DNA from: Escherichia phage RB3
Strand: one strand, 5' to 3'
Length of the DNA stretch: 64,000 bases
Sequence record: KM606994
The notes beneath the pieces were generated by a model. It did not search any database, was not told the origin of the DNA, and worked only from the letters and a program-made list of their open reading frames with translations. Shown here one piece after another: positions 31,695-43,163 of the stretch. Position numbers and translations under genes: made by a program. How positions within the stretch are numbered: the stretch's first letter is position 1; each line of letters opens with the position of its first letter.

Positions 31695-32785
31695 CGTTAT
31701 GTTCGATTGAGCTCGCTAATTCTCAACCCGTTCTCTTATGAACTGCTACATATTACTATGCAGACCAGACTATATCACAATCCCAGAGGGATTCTCCCCA
31801 TTTCGAGTCGCTTGACCCTACGTCCGAAGACTAGTCGTTGAACCTTGCTTTGCAATTGTCGCCGTGCCATCGTTTATATGTTGATGGTGATAAATCTTTC
31901 TTATCACAATATGGACAATTCAATTGAATTCTATTTGGATTTAATTTACATCTGTCATTATGTTTTAGATAAAATCCAGGACCTTTACCAATGTGACCGC
32001 AGAAATCACATGTGATTTCTTTTTGTGCAGGATGGGTCCCGTTCTTAACCATTTCTAATGTTTTTGCTGATGTTCTTTTCTTATGGTCTTCTGACAAGAA
32101 ATGATGTGAACCGTCATTTACCCGTTTTGATTGAGTTTCTGACTGCATTTTACCACCGCAAAATACATGAGTACCTTCTTTTATAGCTGCAATATTGCGT
32201 TCTTTAACTTTTGCAATATGCTCAGCTTGTTGAAAATTATGTATACCTAATGCAACTCTATTTAAATTAGATTTACGCTGTATTTCACCGTCTAAAAGAT
32301 GAAATGTACCATTTTCTATCTTAGATTTAATAGAGGCAATATTTTTAGCTCGTACTTCAGGGATATTAAAAATCTGGATTTCTCTAGATTTTGCGGCTTT
32401 AGAAGCTAATTCAGAAATTTCTTCAGGAGAATATTTCATTCTAAGCTTTATAGCATGACAAGCCTGGTAATCTTTTTGAGCTAAATGTATATCATAATGT
32501 TCCTGTATAGAAAGGCACATCAAATTATCTAAATCATTATTTTCACGGTTACCGTCTTTATGATGGATTTCGTCTGTTCTTCCATCAGAATCTTTAGGTA
32601 TAGGTCCGTTAGCATCTATCCAAATTTTTCTATAGTTCAATTGTGCATCCTCTTAAAAGTATAATCATATTTATATTATACTAATTAAAGGTGCAAGCAA
32701 AACCTTGGCTGCTAGTTTTCCTATAAAGGACTTTCCAGCAATTAAAGGAGTTTTCGATAAACGTTACCGTTTAAAGGCGCATTTT
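31695..32785 (-). mobile_element. group I self-splicing intron in nrdB (1091 nt) carrying I-TevIII
   Basis: Exon 1 ends in U, intron ends in G; joining exons creates codon UGU (Cys) giving ...FYVSFACTFNFHKNMEIMEGNAKI..., alignable with E. coli NrdB ...FYVSFACSFAF..ELMEGNAKI. Confidence 0.7.
31831..32640 (-). CDS. I-TevIII: HNH homing endonuclease I-TevIII, full length, inside the nrdB intron
   Basis: 269 aa; HNH motif HHKDGNRENNDLDNL...QEHYDIH and C-terminal Cys4 zinc finger; TTG start with GAGGA SD. Confidence 0.8.
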   Translation of the reverse strand: MNYRKIWIDANGPIPKDSDGRTDEIHHKDGNRENNDLDNLMCLSIQEHYDIHLAQKDYQACHAIKLRMKYSPEEISELASKAAKSREIQIFNIPEVRAKNIASIKSKIENGTFHLLDGEIQRKSNLNRVALGIHNFQQAEHIAKVKERNIAAIKEGTHVFCGGKMQSETQSKRVNDGSHHFLSEDHKKRTSAKTLEMVKNGTHPAQKEITCDFCGHIGKGPGFYLKHNDRCKLNPNRIQLNCPYCDKKDLSPSTYKRWHGDNCKARFND

Positions 32786-33461
32786 ACGCAAAAGATACAT
32801 AAAAACGAATAGCTTCTAAGGCATTAATAACGTGCAAACAGAGGTAAAGAGATTTCATTAAAGCACGTTTAGCTTCGGCTTCTTGCTTAATAGCTCGGTT
32901 TAAACGAAAGTCGGCATCAGGAGATTCTTTAGCTAGTTCTACAAATTCTTTAGCATTTTCCCATTCACGGGTTTTAATCAGAACATCATCATAATAGCGA
33001 CCGATAGATTCAGCGCGTTTCATAATAGCTTCATCTAATACAATCTCATCAAACACCTTTGACGGATCAGTATAAAGATTTCGCATGATATGTGTATATG
33101 AACGACTGTGAATAGTTTCACTAAAAGTCCATGTAGCAACCCATGTATCAAGACTTGGGTCTGAAATTAATGACATAAGTACAGCAGATGGCGCACGACC
33201 CTGAATGCTATCCAAAAGTGATTGATACTTCAGATTATTAGTAAAAATATTTTGCTGATACTGAGGAAGCTTATTAAACTGTGCAGCATCCATCATTAAG
33301 TTTACTTCTTCCGGGCGCCAGAAGAATGACAATTGCTTTTCGGTCAAATCTTCAAAAACTTTATGGCGTTGAATATCATAACGCGCAATACCAAGACCTG
33401 AACCAAAAAACATGGGTTCTTTTAAAACATCAACTGGATTTGTATTAAAAACTGTAGACAT
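32786..33461 (-). CDS. nrdB: ribonucleotide reductase small subunit NrdB, exon 1
   Basis: Starts at ATG (Met13 of track ORF) overlapping mobE stop as TAATG; ends ...AIRFYVSFA plus U of a split Cys codon. Confidence 0.75.
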
Positions 33462-34192
33462 TAATTTTTCCTCTTTAAAATTCTGCCGCGTTTCCAACCT
33501 GGCGGTATAATATCATCTTTACCTATAAGCGTGCATTCACTTCCATTATTAATCCATTTCTTACCGCGGATTCCTTTATAATCTCTTGGTTGTATTTTAT
33601 CAAACTTTGCATCAAGTTGATATGACCATCTAAATCCATAGGCATATTGAAATTTACCCTCAGCACAATATTTGATATTTGACCCGTTTCCATTAACTGA
33701 CCTGGACGCTGCCGCAATAGAGTGAAAGGTTTCTATGAAATCCCCATCTAATGAGAATTTATGTATTTCGATAGATGGGCATGCATACCTATTCACGTTT
33801 GATACATGTTGTTTAGTTTCGTTTTTATGATGCTTGCCTAACATTCCTCTAGGATGAGGATTATTTTTCCAATATTTCTTAAAGAAATCAGAATTAGCTT
33901 TAGCAAATAATTTTCTGTGCAAGCTATACAATCTGTTATTAATTCTATTACCAGCTTTATCTGTTGCCATTAACGTTAACGCAGAGGCAAGCCCAAAATG
34001 GCCTTCATTTATCTTACATAGTAATAGATGCGCTATAAAATGTTCTCTAGCTGTTAATTCAACTAAATTTTCTTTATCATCAGAACCTCCCATGCATTTA
34101 GGGACTATATGATGTGTCTCTTTATATTCAGATAAAGGTTCCCGAGCCTGAGCTCGGGAAATTAGGTCATTATAGATTTTTTGATAATTCAT
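33461..34192 (-). CDS. mobE: free-standing HNH homing endonuclease (MobE-like)
   Basis: 243 aa; HNH motif HHIVPKCMGGSDDKENLVELTAREHFIAH; between nrdA and nrdB. Confidence 0.7.
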   Translation of the reverse strand: MNYQKIYNDLISRAQAREPLSEYKETHHIVPKCMGGSDDKENLVELTAREHFIAHLLLCKINEGHFGLASALTLMATDKAGNRINNRLYSLHRKLFAKANSDFFKKYWKNNPHPRGMLGKHHKNETKQHVSNVNRYACPSIEIHKFSLDGDFIETFHSIAAASRSVNGNGSNIKYCAEGKFQYAYGFRWSYQLDAKFDKIQPRDYKGIRGKKWINNGSECTLIGKDDIIPPGWKRGRILKRKN

Positions 34193-36456
34193 TACAATTT
34201 ACACGCTGCACAATCGTCGGCTTTAGGAGTTTCTATTTCATAATCATCAGTACCAGAACCATCACGGGTATTATGATAATAGAAATTTTTAATGCCATAA
34301 TACCATCCGTATAGCATGTCATCAATCATTATTGACATTGGAACCTTTCCTTTTGGAAAAATCTGCGGGTCATAATATGTATTCGCTGAAGCTGATTGAC
34401 ATACCCATTTCAGCATAATAGCTACTTGCGTAAGATAAGGTTTATTACCTTTCTTAGCTAATTTCCATGTATAATCATAGAGGTCTATGTTATGCTCAAT
34501 ATTGGGCACGACCTGATTAAAGGAGCCCTCTTTTGATTCTTTAACAGAGACTGGTCCACGTGGAGGCTCGATACCGTTTGTACTGTTAGAAACTTGGGAA
34601 GATGACTCACATGGCATAAGTGCTGATAATGTGCTATTACGGATGCCAAAGAGCTTAAGGTCTTCCCGCAGCGCCGACCAGTCACAAACGTATTTTGGAG
34701 CTGCGATTTGGTCAATCTTTTTATTGTACCAGTCGATAGGTAATTCGCCTCGAGACCAACGAGTGTCTGAATAATATTCACAAGGTCCTTTTTCTTTGGC
34801 GAGCTTAATGGATGCTTTAATGAGTCCATACTGTAATCTCTCAAATAGTTCATGTGTTAAATCGTTAGCATCTTCATAAGAAGCAAAGTTACTTGCCAGC
34901 CAAGCTGCATAGTTGGTAACACCTACACCGAGGTTACGACGCTTTTTAGCTTTTTCTGCTTCAGGAACTGGATATCCTTGGTAATCCAAAAGATTATCAA
35001 GAGCACGAACTTGAACTTCTGCCAATTCATTAATTTTATCTTGGTCTTGCCAGTCAAAATTATCTAGTACGAATGCAGATAACGTGCACAAGCCAATTTC
35101 AGCATCAGGACTATTCACATCATTTGTTGGAATAGCAATTTCACAGCACAAGTTACTCTGACGAATAGGTGCCTTTTCACGAATAAACGGAGTATAGTTA
35201 TTCGTATTATCAATGAACTGTACATAAATCCTTGCTGTTCCTGAACGTTCAGTCATGAGCAATTCAAATAGTTCACGGGCTTTAATACGCTTTTTACGAA
35301 TATTAGGGTCTTTTTCTGCTGCTTCGTATAATTCACGGAAACGGTCTTGGTCTTTAAAATAAGAATAATAAAGCTCTCCACCCATTTCATGCGGACTGAA
35401 CAAAGTAATGTAATCGTTCTTTCCGAATCGTTCCATCATCAAATCATTCAGTTGAACACCATAATCCATATGACGAATGCGGTTTTCTTCTACGCCTTTG
35501 TTATTTTTCAAAACGAGAAGATTTTCAACTTCCAAATGCCAAATAGGATAATAAGCAGTAGCAGCGCCGCCACGAATTCCACCCTGTGAACATGATTTAA
35601 CTGCAGTCTGAAAATGTTTCCAAAAAGGAATAACACCAGTATGGCGTACTTCACCCATGCCAATCTTAGAACCTTCGGCACGAATCATACCAACGTTAAT
35701 ACCAATTCCAGCGCGTTTAGAGATATATTCTACAATCGAAGCGGAAGCCTTATTGATAGACTTCAATGAATCACCTGCCTCAATAACAACGCATGAACTA
35801 AACTGCCGAGTTGGAGTACGGCAACCAGCCATAATAGGAGTTGGTAATGAAATCTGTCGAGTAGATACTGCTTCATAAAAACGAATAACGTGTTTTAGTC
35901 TATCAACAGGTTCATCTTGATGCAATGCCATTCCAATAGTCATAAATGCAAACTGCGGAGTTTCATAAATTTGACCAGTGGTTTTATCTTTAACTAGATA
36001 TTTTTCTTTTAATTGCATCGCTCCGGAATAAGTAAATTCCATATCCCGCTCGTGCTTAATTTTTGATTCTAAAAATGTAATTTCTTCTGCAGAATATTTT
36101 GACAACAATTCAGGGTCGTATTTACCTTCATTTACACAGTAAGAAATATGGTCAATAAATGAACGTGGTTCATATTGTCCGTAAACATGCTTACGAAGAG
36201 CAAACATTAAACAGCGCGCAGCCACGTATTGATAATCAGGCTCTTCAACTGAAATAGAATTCGCAGCAGCCTTAATTACAATGGTTTGAATGTCATCAGT
36301 GGTCATTCCATCACGGAGATATGATTTAATATTTTCATATAATTCATAAGGATCTACAGATGTTCCTTCAGCTGCCCAAGATAAAACTTTAATAATTTTT
36401 TGCGGGTCAAAGCTCTGAGAAACACCACTACTTTTGATAACATTAATTAATTGCAT
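34192..36456 (-). CDS. nrdA: ribonucleotide reductase large subunit NrdA
   Basis: 754 aa, equal to T4 NrdA; class Ia RNR signatures. Confidence 0.9.
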   Translation of the reverse strand: MQLINVIKSSGVSQSFDPQKIIKVLSWAAEGTSVDPYELYENIKSYLRDGMTTDDIQTIVIKAAANSISVEEPDYQYVAARCLMFALRKHVYGQYEPRSFIDHISYCVNEGKYDPELLSKYSAEEITFLESKIKHERDMEFTYSGAMQLKEKYLVKDKTTGQIYETPQFAFMTIGMALHQDEPVDRLKHVIRFYEAVSTRQISLPTPIMAGCRTPTRQFSSCVVIEAGDSLKSINKASASIVEYISKRAGIGINVGMIRAEGSKIGMGEVRHTGVIPFWKHFQTAVKSCSQGGIRGGAATAYYPIWHLEVENLLVLKNNKGVEENRIRHMDYGVQLNDLMMERFGKNDYITLFSPHEMGGELYYSYFKDQDRFRELYEAAEKDPNIRKKRIKARELFELLMTERSGTARIYVQFIDNTNNYTPFIREKAPIRQSNLCCEIAIPTNDVNSPDAEIGLCTLSAFVLDNFDWQDQDKINELAEVQVRALDNLLDYQGYPVPEAEKAKKRRNLGVGVTNYAAWLASNFASYEDANDLTHELFERLQYGLIKASIKLAKEKGPCEYYSDTRWSRGELPIDWYNKKIDQIAAPKYVCDWSALREDLKLFGIRNSTLSALMPCESSSQVSNSTNGIEPPRGPVSVKESKEGSFNQVVPNIEHNIDLYDYTWKLAKKGNKPYLTQVAIMLKWVCQSASANTYYDPQIFPKGKVPMSIMIDDMLYGWYYGIKNFYYHNTRDGSGTDDYEIETPKADDCAACKL

Positions 36457-36773
36457 AAGTCCTCAACTTGAAAATCGTCTTTAAACAATCGGTTAACTAT
36501 ATGAGCTATTATATCACCATGACACGGCTTTGGTTTACATGTGCATCCTAGCCTCATTCCACGTAAAGGCTCTAAATGTGCTTTAGTTATTTCTCCGGAT
36601 TTAATTCGACGTATAAAATCTTTTTTGAATAATTCAATGGCAGCCTCCCGGCTGCCAGCATCTTTACCGACGTAATTTCCCCAAAATGTACCGCGGTGAA
36701 TATTAACATCAAAGTCGGATTTATATTTATTCACTACCTGGCATAGACGGCCCGCGCGGTGATAATTCGTCAT
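36447..36773 (-). CDS. DUF4326-like small protein
   Basis: 108 aa; WGN...[21 protein letters not shown] resembles the DUF4326 signature as I recall it. Confidence 0.45.
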   Translation of the reverse strand: MTNYHRAGRLCQVVNKYKSDFDVNIHRGTFWGNYVGKDAGSREAAIELFKKDFIRRIKSGEITKAHLEPLRGMRLGCTCKPKPCHGDIIAHIVNRLFKDDFQVEDLCN

Positions 36774-37002
36774 ATTGTTTTTCCGTTAAAACAGTAATAT
36801 CATAGTAACAATCTGAAGAAGTTTTAACTGTAGAAATTTTATTATCAAAATACTCACGAGTCATTTTATGAGTATAATATTTTTTGCCATAAATGATAAT
36901 AGGCTGATTTGGTCCTGGAACTTCTAACTCGCTTGGATTAGGAAGTGTAAAAAGAACTACACCAGAAGTATCTTTAAATCGTAAAATCATATATCCTCGC
37001 AA
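36727..37002 (-). CDS. hypothetical protein
   Basis: ORF track 91 aa. Confidence 0.45.
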   Translation of the reverse strand: MRGYMILRFKDTSGVVLFTLPNPSELEVPGPNQPIIIYGKKYYTHKMTREYFDNKISTVKTSSDCYYDITVLTEKQYDELSPRGPSMPGSE

Positions 37003-37013
37003 TTAAATTAAAA

Positions 37014-37325
37014 TTATACCGCCATTTTTCCTTTCAAGACACCGTGGGACTGATAATCTTTGAGAACGAAATCTTTAGGCCTGAGTTTAAGAATGTATTC
37101 CAATTGTTCTTTAGTAGAAAGATAGCGGAATTTATAAGGCAATCCGCCTATTACCAGTTCACAAAGCTCTTTAGGTTCACGACGCAAAATTTCTTTACAT
37201 TGTTCTACGTGATTCATATAGATATGAGTATTACCGCCAGAAAATATCAAATCTCCAGGAATAAGATTACACATCTTAGCTACAATATGAACTAACGTAG
37301 CATATGATGCAATATTAAATGGTAG
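37014..37325 (-). CDS. td: thymidylate synthase, exon 2
   Basis: Continuation LPFNIASYATLVH... after the intron-terminal G at 37326; total 286 aa as in T4. Confidence 0.9.
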   Translation of the reverse strand, partial: LPFNIASYATLVHIVAKMCNLIPGDLIFSGGNTHIYMNHVEQCKEILRREPKELCELVIGGLPYKFRYLSTKEQLEYILKLRPKDFVLKDYQSHGVLKGKMAV

Positions 37326-38341
37326 CATTATGTTCAGATAAGGTCGTTAATCTTACCCCGGAATTATATCCAGCTGCATGTCACCATGCAGATCAGACTA
37401 TATCTCCAACTTGTTAAAGCAAGTTGTCTATCGTTTCGAGTCACTTGACCCTACTCCCCAAAGGGATAGTCGTTAGGCATTTATGTAGAACCAATTCCAT
37501 TTATCAGATTTTACACGATAAGTAACTAATCCAGACGAAATTTTAAAATGTCTAGCTGCATCTGCTGCACAATCAAAAATAACCCCATCACATGAAATCT
37601 TTTTAATATTACTAGGCTTTTTACCTTTCATCTTTTCTGATATTTTAGATTTAGTTATGTCTGAATGCTTATGATTAAAGAATGAATTATTTTCACCTGA
37701 ACGATTTCTGCATTTACTACAAGTATAAGCAGAAGTTTGTATGCGAACACCGCACTTACAAAACTTATGGGTTTCTGGATTCCAACGCCCGTTTTTACTT
37801 CCGGGTTTACTGTAAAGAGCTTTCCGACCATCAGGTCCAAGTTTAAGCATCTTAGCTTTAACAGTTTCAGAACGTTTCTTAATAATTTCTTCTTTTAATG
37901 GATGCGTAGAACATGTATCACCAAACGTTGCATCAGCAATATTGTATCCATTAATTTTAGAATTAAGCTCTTTAATCCAAAAATTTTCTCGTTCAATAAT
38001 CAAATCTTTCTCATATGGAATTTCTTCCAAAATAGAACATTCAAACACATTACCATGTTTGTTAAAAGACCTCTGAAGTTTTATAGAAGAATGGCATCCT
38101 TTTTCTAAATCTTTAAAATGCCTCTTCCATCTCTTTTCAAAATCTTTAGCACTTCCTACATATACTTTATTGTTTAAAGTATTTTTAATCTGATAAATTC
38201 CGCTTTTCATAAATACCTCTTTAAATATAGAAGTATTTATTAAAGGGCAGTCCTACAATTTAGCACGGGATTGTCTACTAGAGAGGTTCCCCGTTTAGAT
38301 AGATTACAAGTATAAGTCACCTTATACTCAGGCCTCAATTA
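37326..38341 (-). mobile_element. group I self-splicing intron in td (1016 nt) carrying I-TevI
   Basis: 5' end UAAUUGAGGCCUGAGUAUAAGGUGACUUAUACUUG recalled from the T4 td intron; intron ends ...UAAUG before exon 2; length 1016 nt as in T4. Confidence 0.85.
37473..38210 (-). CDS. I-TevI: GIY-YIG homing endonuclease I-TevI, inside the td intron
   Basis: 245 aa; MKSGIYQIKN...KVYVGSAKDFEKRWKRH. Confidence 0.9.
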   Translation of the reverse strand: MKSGIYQIKNTLNNKVYVGSAKDFEKRWKRHFKDLEKGCHSSIKLQRSFNKHGNVFECSILEEIPYEKDLIIERENFWIKELNSKINGYNIADATFGDTCSTHPLKEEIIKKRSETVKAKMLKLGPDGRKALYSKPGSKNGRWNPETHKFCKCGVRIQTSAYTCSKCRNRSGENNSFFNHKHSDITKSKISEKMKGKKPSNIKKISCDGVIFDCAADAARHFKISSGLVTYRVKSDKWNWFYINA

Positions 38342-38890
38342 ACCCAAGAAAACATCTACTGATCGTTGATACCACTGCAAATCCAAATAGCCATTACGCA
38401 CATTAAACTGATAGAACATATGACAAGGCGGTAATGCCATATATTTAAGTTCAGCTGGATTCCACGCAGAAACAATTTGTCGCCTATCATTCGGCAGTTT
38501 TTTAATACGATCAATAACTTCTACAATTTGGTCTACACCGCCAAAATCACGCCATTGTTTTCCATAAATTGGACCAAGTTCACCGCTATGGTATCCTAAA
38601 TCTTTTGCTTGATTTTCGTAATTTTCATCCCAGACTGTTTTGCCTTGGATTAACGAATCATGCTGAATTAATCGTAAATCATTTACGTTAGTACTTCCTG
38701 ATAAGAACCAAAGTAGCTCAGCAATGCAAGCTTTCCAAGCGAGCTTTTTAGTTGTTACTGCAGGAAAACCTTTACTTAAATCCCAGCGTAATTTAGTACC
38801 GAACAAAGCAATTGTTCCTGTGCCCGTTCGGTCATCGGTTTCATAGCCATTTTCAAAAATGTCTTTAATTAAATCTTGGTATTGTTTCAT
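38342..38890 (-). CDS. td: thymidylate synthase, exon 1
   Basis: 183 codons ending ...VDVFLG; active-site LPPCH; followed by intron start UAAUUGAGGCCUGAGUAUAAGGUG. Confidence 0.9.
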
Positions 38891-38934
38891 TTAGTACCTT
38901 ATATAAATTATAATACATTTTATGAAGCTAATAA

Positions 38935-40131
<1,197 letters not shown>

Positions 40132-40152
40132 ATTACCTCCTATTAAAAAGGA

Positions 40153-40476
40153 TCAGGAAACATATCCACTAGATTTAATCATTTTAATTAATGTTAACAT
40201 TCCTTTATTAACTGCTCGTGAGATTTCATCAAAAACTTCATCGCTAAAAAGTTCTAACACGCCATACTGAACTTTTAATTTACAGCCAGCAATTTCGTTT
40301 TCGCCTATAGTAAATTCGTTTCCGCCAATTCCACCGAAAAACTTAATCACGCCAGTTAACTGTCTTCCACGAGAATATGGGTCGTGTGATAAAGTAATAT
40401 GAGTCACCCCAGGTACAGTTTTAAATTGGCAGCGAATGTTTACTTGGGAAATTCCAGTTACATGAATGTCAGACAT
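40153..40476 (-). CDS. hypothetical protein
   Basis: ORF track 107 aa. Confidence 0.5.
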   Translation of the reverse strand: MSDIHVTGISQVNIRCQFKTVPGVTHITLSHDPYSRGRQLTGVIKFFGGIGGNEFTIGENEIAGCKLKVQYGVLELFSDEVFDEISRAVNKGMLTLIKMIKSSGYVS

Positions 40477-40486
40477 AATATTTTCC

Positions 40487-40729
40487 TCAGACGGACTTTT
40501 TCACAATTTTCCAATCGGCTTTAAACTGTTCAACGTCAGAGTGGTAAATCCAGAATCCTGCGCTTTCTCCATCTTCATAAAGAGGACATCCATCGCATTC
40601 ATCTTCCCATCCCATATCACGCAAAAGACGTTCAGCTTTTTCAACAAGTTCAGAATCTTTACCGATGATATTAAAATACCATTTACCTCTAACTTCTGAA
40701 TCTTTGATGCTCTGGCGTTGTAATCTCAT
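40487..40729 (-). CDS. hypothetical protein
   Basis: ORF track 80 aa; early promoter and AAGGAG SD upstream. Confidence 0.5.
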   Translation of the reverse strand: MRLQRQSIKDSEVRGKWYFNIIGKDSELVEKAERLLRDMGWEDECDGCPLYEDGESAGFWIYHSDVEQFKADWKIVKKSV

Positions 40730-40754
40730 TTTATTCTCCTTAGTTGATAGGGTA

Positions 40755-40784
40755 ATAGTATCACACTACTACCCTTCTGTAAAC
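40755..40784 (-). promoter_or_regulatory. T4-type early promoter
   Basis: GTTTAC-18 nt-TACTAT on minus strand. Confidence 0.55.
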
Positions 40785-41149
40785 TACTTTTTGAAAGTTT
40801 TTCGCAAAAGTTCAATGATTTCATCTACATTGTTTTCGTCTACAATGCAGTGAATTTTTGTTACGCCAGAAATCTTGTCTTCGACTTCGTCTTCTTCAGA
40901 AGTCGGTTCTTTATACTCACGAAAACAATGAAATTCGTCTTCGCAGACGTTGAAGTAAAAATGCTTTCCATTTGCGCATTCAATGTGTTTTATTACTCTA
41001 AATCCATCAGCAGAGAAAGCTTCTTTAACTTCAAACCATCCGCCATTTTCTTGAATAATTTTAACTATTGATGAATTAGAACGTGGGCGATAATTAATAA
41101 ATGTATTAATAAGTCTTGGAACAAACTCATACTTTTTGCCAATATACAT
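40784..41149 (-). CDS. hypothetical Cys/His-rich protein
   Basis: ORF track 121 aa. Confidence 0.5.
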   Translation of the reverse strand: MYIGKKYEFVPRLINTFINYRPRSNSSIVKIIQENGGWFEVKEAFSADGFRVIKHIECANGKHFYFNVCEDEFHCFREYKEPTSEEDEVEDKISGVTKIHCIVDENNVDEIIELLRKTFKK

Positions 41150-41193
41150 TACGTTTTCCTCATTTTAACGGGGCTATTACAGCCCCTTGATAA

Positions 41194-41424
41194 TTATTGT
41201 TCGATCAGTCCCATGTAAAATTCTGTGTCTTCAGAATCCATGCCATCACAATATTCATTAGCCATAAAGCGGGTAAGGTCTTCAAGAGGACCTTCAATGA
41301 CAATAGAAAAATTGCAATAATTGGGATCATCATGAATACTTGTGATACTAAGTTCAGGATAACGATTACGAATAATTTCTTCAATATATTCAAAATCAAC
41401 GATGTCAATATCAACTTTAGCCAT
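41194..41424 (-). CDS. hypothetical acidic protein
   Basis: ATG at Met22 of track ORF (MAKVDIDIV...) with [14 protein letters not shown] and early promoter; 76 aa. Confidence 0.5.
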   Translation of the reverse strand: MAKVDIDIVDFEYIEEIIRNRYPELSITSIHDDPNYCNFSIVIEGPLEDLTRFMANEYCDGMDSEDTEFYMGLIEQ

Positions 41425-41467
41425 ATTATTTTCCTCTTTAATTATCAACAGTATTGCCGATAGTTGT

Positions 41468-41497
41468 ATAGTACCATGGAAGGACAAGGATGTAAAC
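41468..41497 (-). promoter_or_regulatory. T4-type early promoter with A/T-rich upstream element
   Basis: TTTTTCACAAAAC-GGTTTAC-18 nt-TACTAT on minus strand. Confidence 0.55.
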
Positions 41498-41517
41498 CGT
41501 TTTGTGAAAAAATTTTT

Positions 41518-41548
41518 GAAATAAAAAAGGGGACCTCTAGGGTCCCCA
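41518..41548 (-). terminator. intrinsic terminator downstream of gene 32
   Basis: GGGGACC-loop-GGTCCCC followed by TTTTTTATTT on minus strand. Confidence 0.75.
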
Positions 41549-41569
41549 ATTAATTAGTAATATAATCTA

Positions 41570-42475
41570 TTAAAGGTCATTCAAAAGGTCATCTAGGTCC
41601 GTGTCATCAGCACTAGATGAACTGCCAGAGCTTGAGCTCATAAAATCATCTTCAGTTTTTGTATTGAAGTCATCAACATTGAATGCATCCAAATCATCAG
41701 CAACTTTATCAGCTTTCTTAGCAGCAGTCGCTGCGGCACCACCCATTGCAGCAGTTCCCATAACTTGACTGAACTTAGTGCTCAGTTCTTCAAACGATTT
41801 GAATTTATCTTTAGAAGTCATTTCAGAAAGGTCAACCATTTGTTCGAACAGTTCTTTCTGGAAAGATTCATCGTCAATGTTTGGAATCGCAGATTGATTC
41901 AGGAATTTAGATTCGTCGTAGTTACTAAATCCAGAAACCTGTTTAACTTTCAGTACAAAGTTAGCACCTTCCCACGGACAAGTTACATCAACTGGAGTTT
42001 CACCCATTTCAACATCAACCGCAATCATCGCGTTGATTTTATCCCAGATTTTCTTACCGAAACGGTATTTAAATACTTTACCTTCATTTTCTGGAGCAGC
42101 TGGGTCTTTTACAACAAGAATGTTAGCCCAGTAAGAAGTTTTACGTTTAACAAGACTATACTCTTTATTGTCAGTGTTGTACAGATCATTTTTACTGATG
42201 TATTGACATACTGGGCAAGAATCGTAATCACCATGGGTAGATGAACATGTTTCAATATACCATTTACCATTTTTCTTGAAACCGTGATTTACAAGAATTG
42301 CGAATGGTGCTTGTTCATCATTTTTAGACGGAAGAAAACGAATTACTGCTTGACCGTTACCCGCATTATCGAGTTTCAGTTTCCACTCGCCTTTATCTTC
42401 AGAAGAAAAACCTTTATTGCCATTCAGTTTAGCCATTTGTGCAGCAAGTTCAGCAGTAGATTTACGTTTAAACAT
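41570..42475 (-). CDS. 32: single-stranded DNA-binding protein gp32
   Basis: 301 aa; zinc-binding Cys/His region and acidic C-terminus; strong terminator downstream. Confidence 0.9.
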
Positions 42476-42529
42476 TTTATTTCCTTTTTAACTTAATTTA
42501 ATTAACAGTTGGTGCTATGACACTTTACC

Positions 42530-43162
42530 TCATAGCTGGCATAATTTGCAATACTCTGGGTCTTCGAGAGGTATCCAACCTGAGTTGAAATACTTTACCA
42601 TCGATTTAGCAGTTGTATCAGTTATATTTATATTACCTTTAACTCTTCGCCATCCAGGAGTTTTACCGTACAGATTAGAGGATAATAATAACACATAATT
42701 CTCGTAAGCAATATGAGATAATTTCCAAGACTCTATATTAGCTCGTGATGTTTTCCAAGGTCTAAAATCGTCACGGTTCATATAATTAGCCAATCTCATA
42801 TGCTCTCTAACTTCCGGGTCTTTGGCTGGATGAGTTTCACCACTCACACCAAATCCACCACCAGCATATACCAGATTAAAATAGTCTGGATTATCTCTGG
42901 CATTTACTTCAAGTTGGTATTTTCGTTCTGCTTCAATAACATCCAAGTCATCATCAATTTGAATTATTTTAACGCTCGGTTTTTGAAGCATTAGCGCATT
43001 CAAAAATCTTTTTTGTTTACATGAGCTCCAGTATTCCTTTCCGGAAGAGTCATATATTATTCCATTCTCAAATGAGCAATTTAATTTACTACCGATATAG
43101 TAGTATGGCGGAGTCTTATTTTTGACACGGTCTTCAAATGTAAACCAATATACTATATTCAT
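42530..43162 (-). CDS. segG: SegG-like GIY-YIG homing endonuclease
   Basis: 210 aa; N-terminal YWFTF...YYYIGS; located between 32 and 59. Confidence 0.7.
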   Translation of the reverse strand: MNIVYWFTFEDRVKNKTPPYYYIGSKLNCSFENGIIYDSSGKEYWSSCKQKRFLNALMLQKPSVKIIQIDDDLDVIEAERKYQLEVNARDNPDYFNLVYAGGGFGVSGETHPAKDPEVREHMRLANYMNRDDFRPWKTSRANIESWKLSHIAYENYVLLLSSNLYGKTPGWRRVKGNINITDTTAKSMVKYFNSGWIPLEDPEYCKLCQL

Positions 43163-43163
43163 A

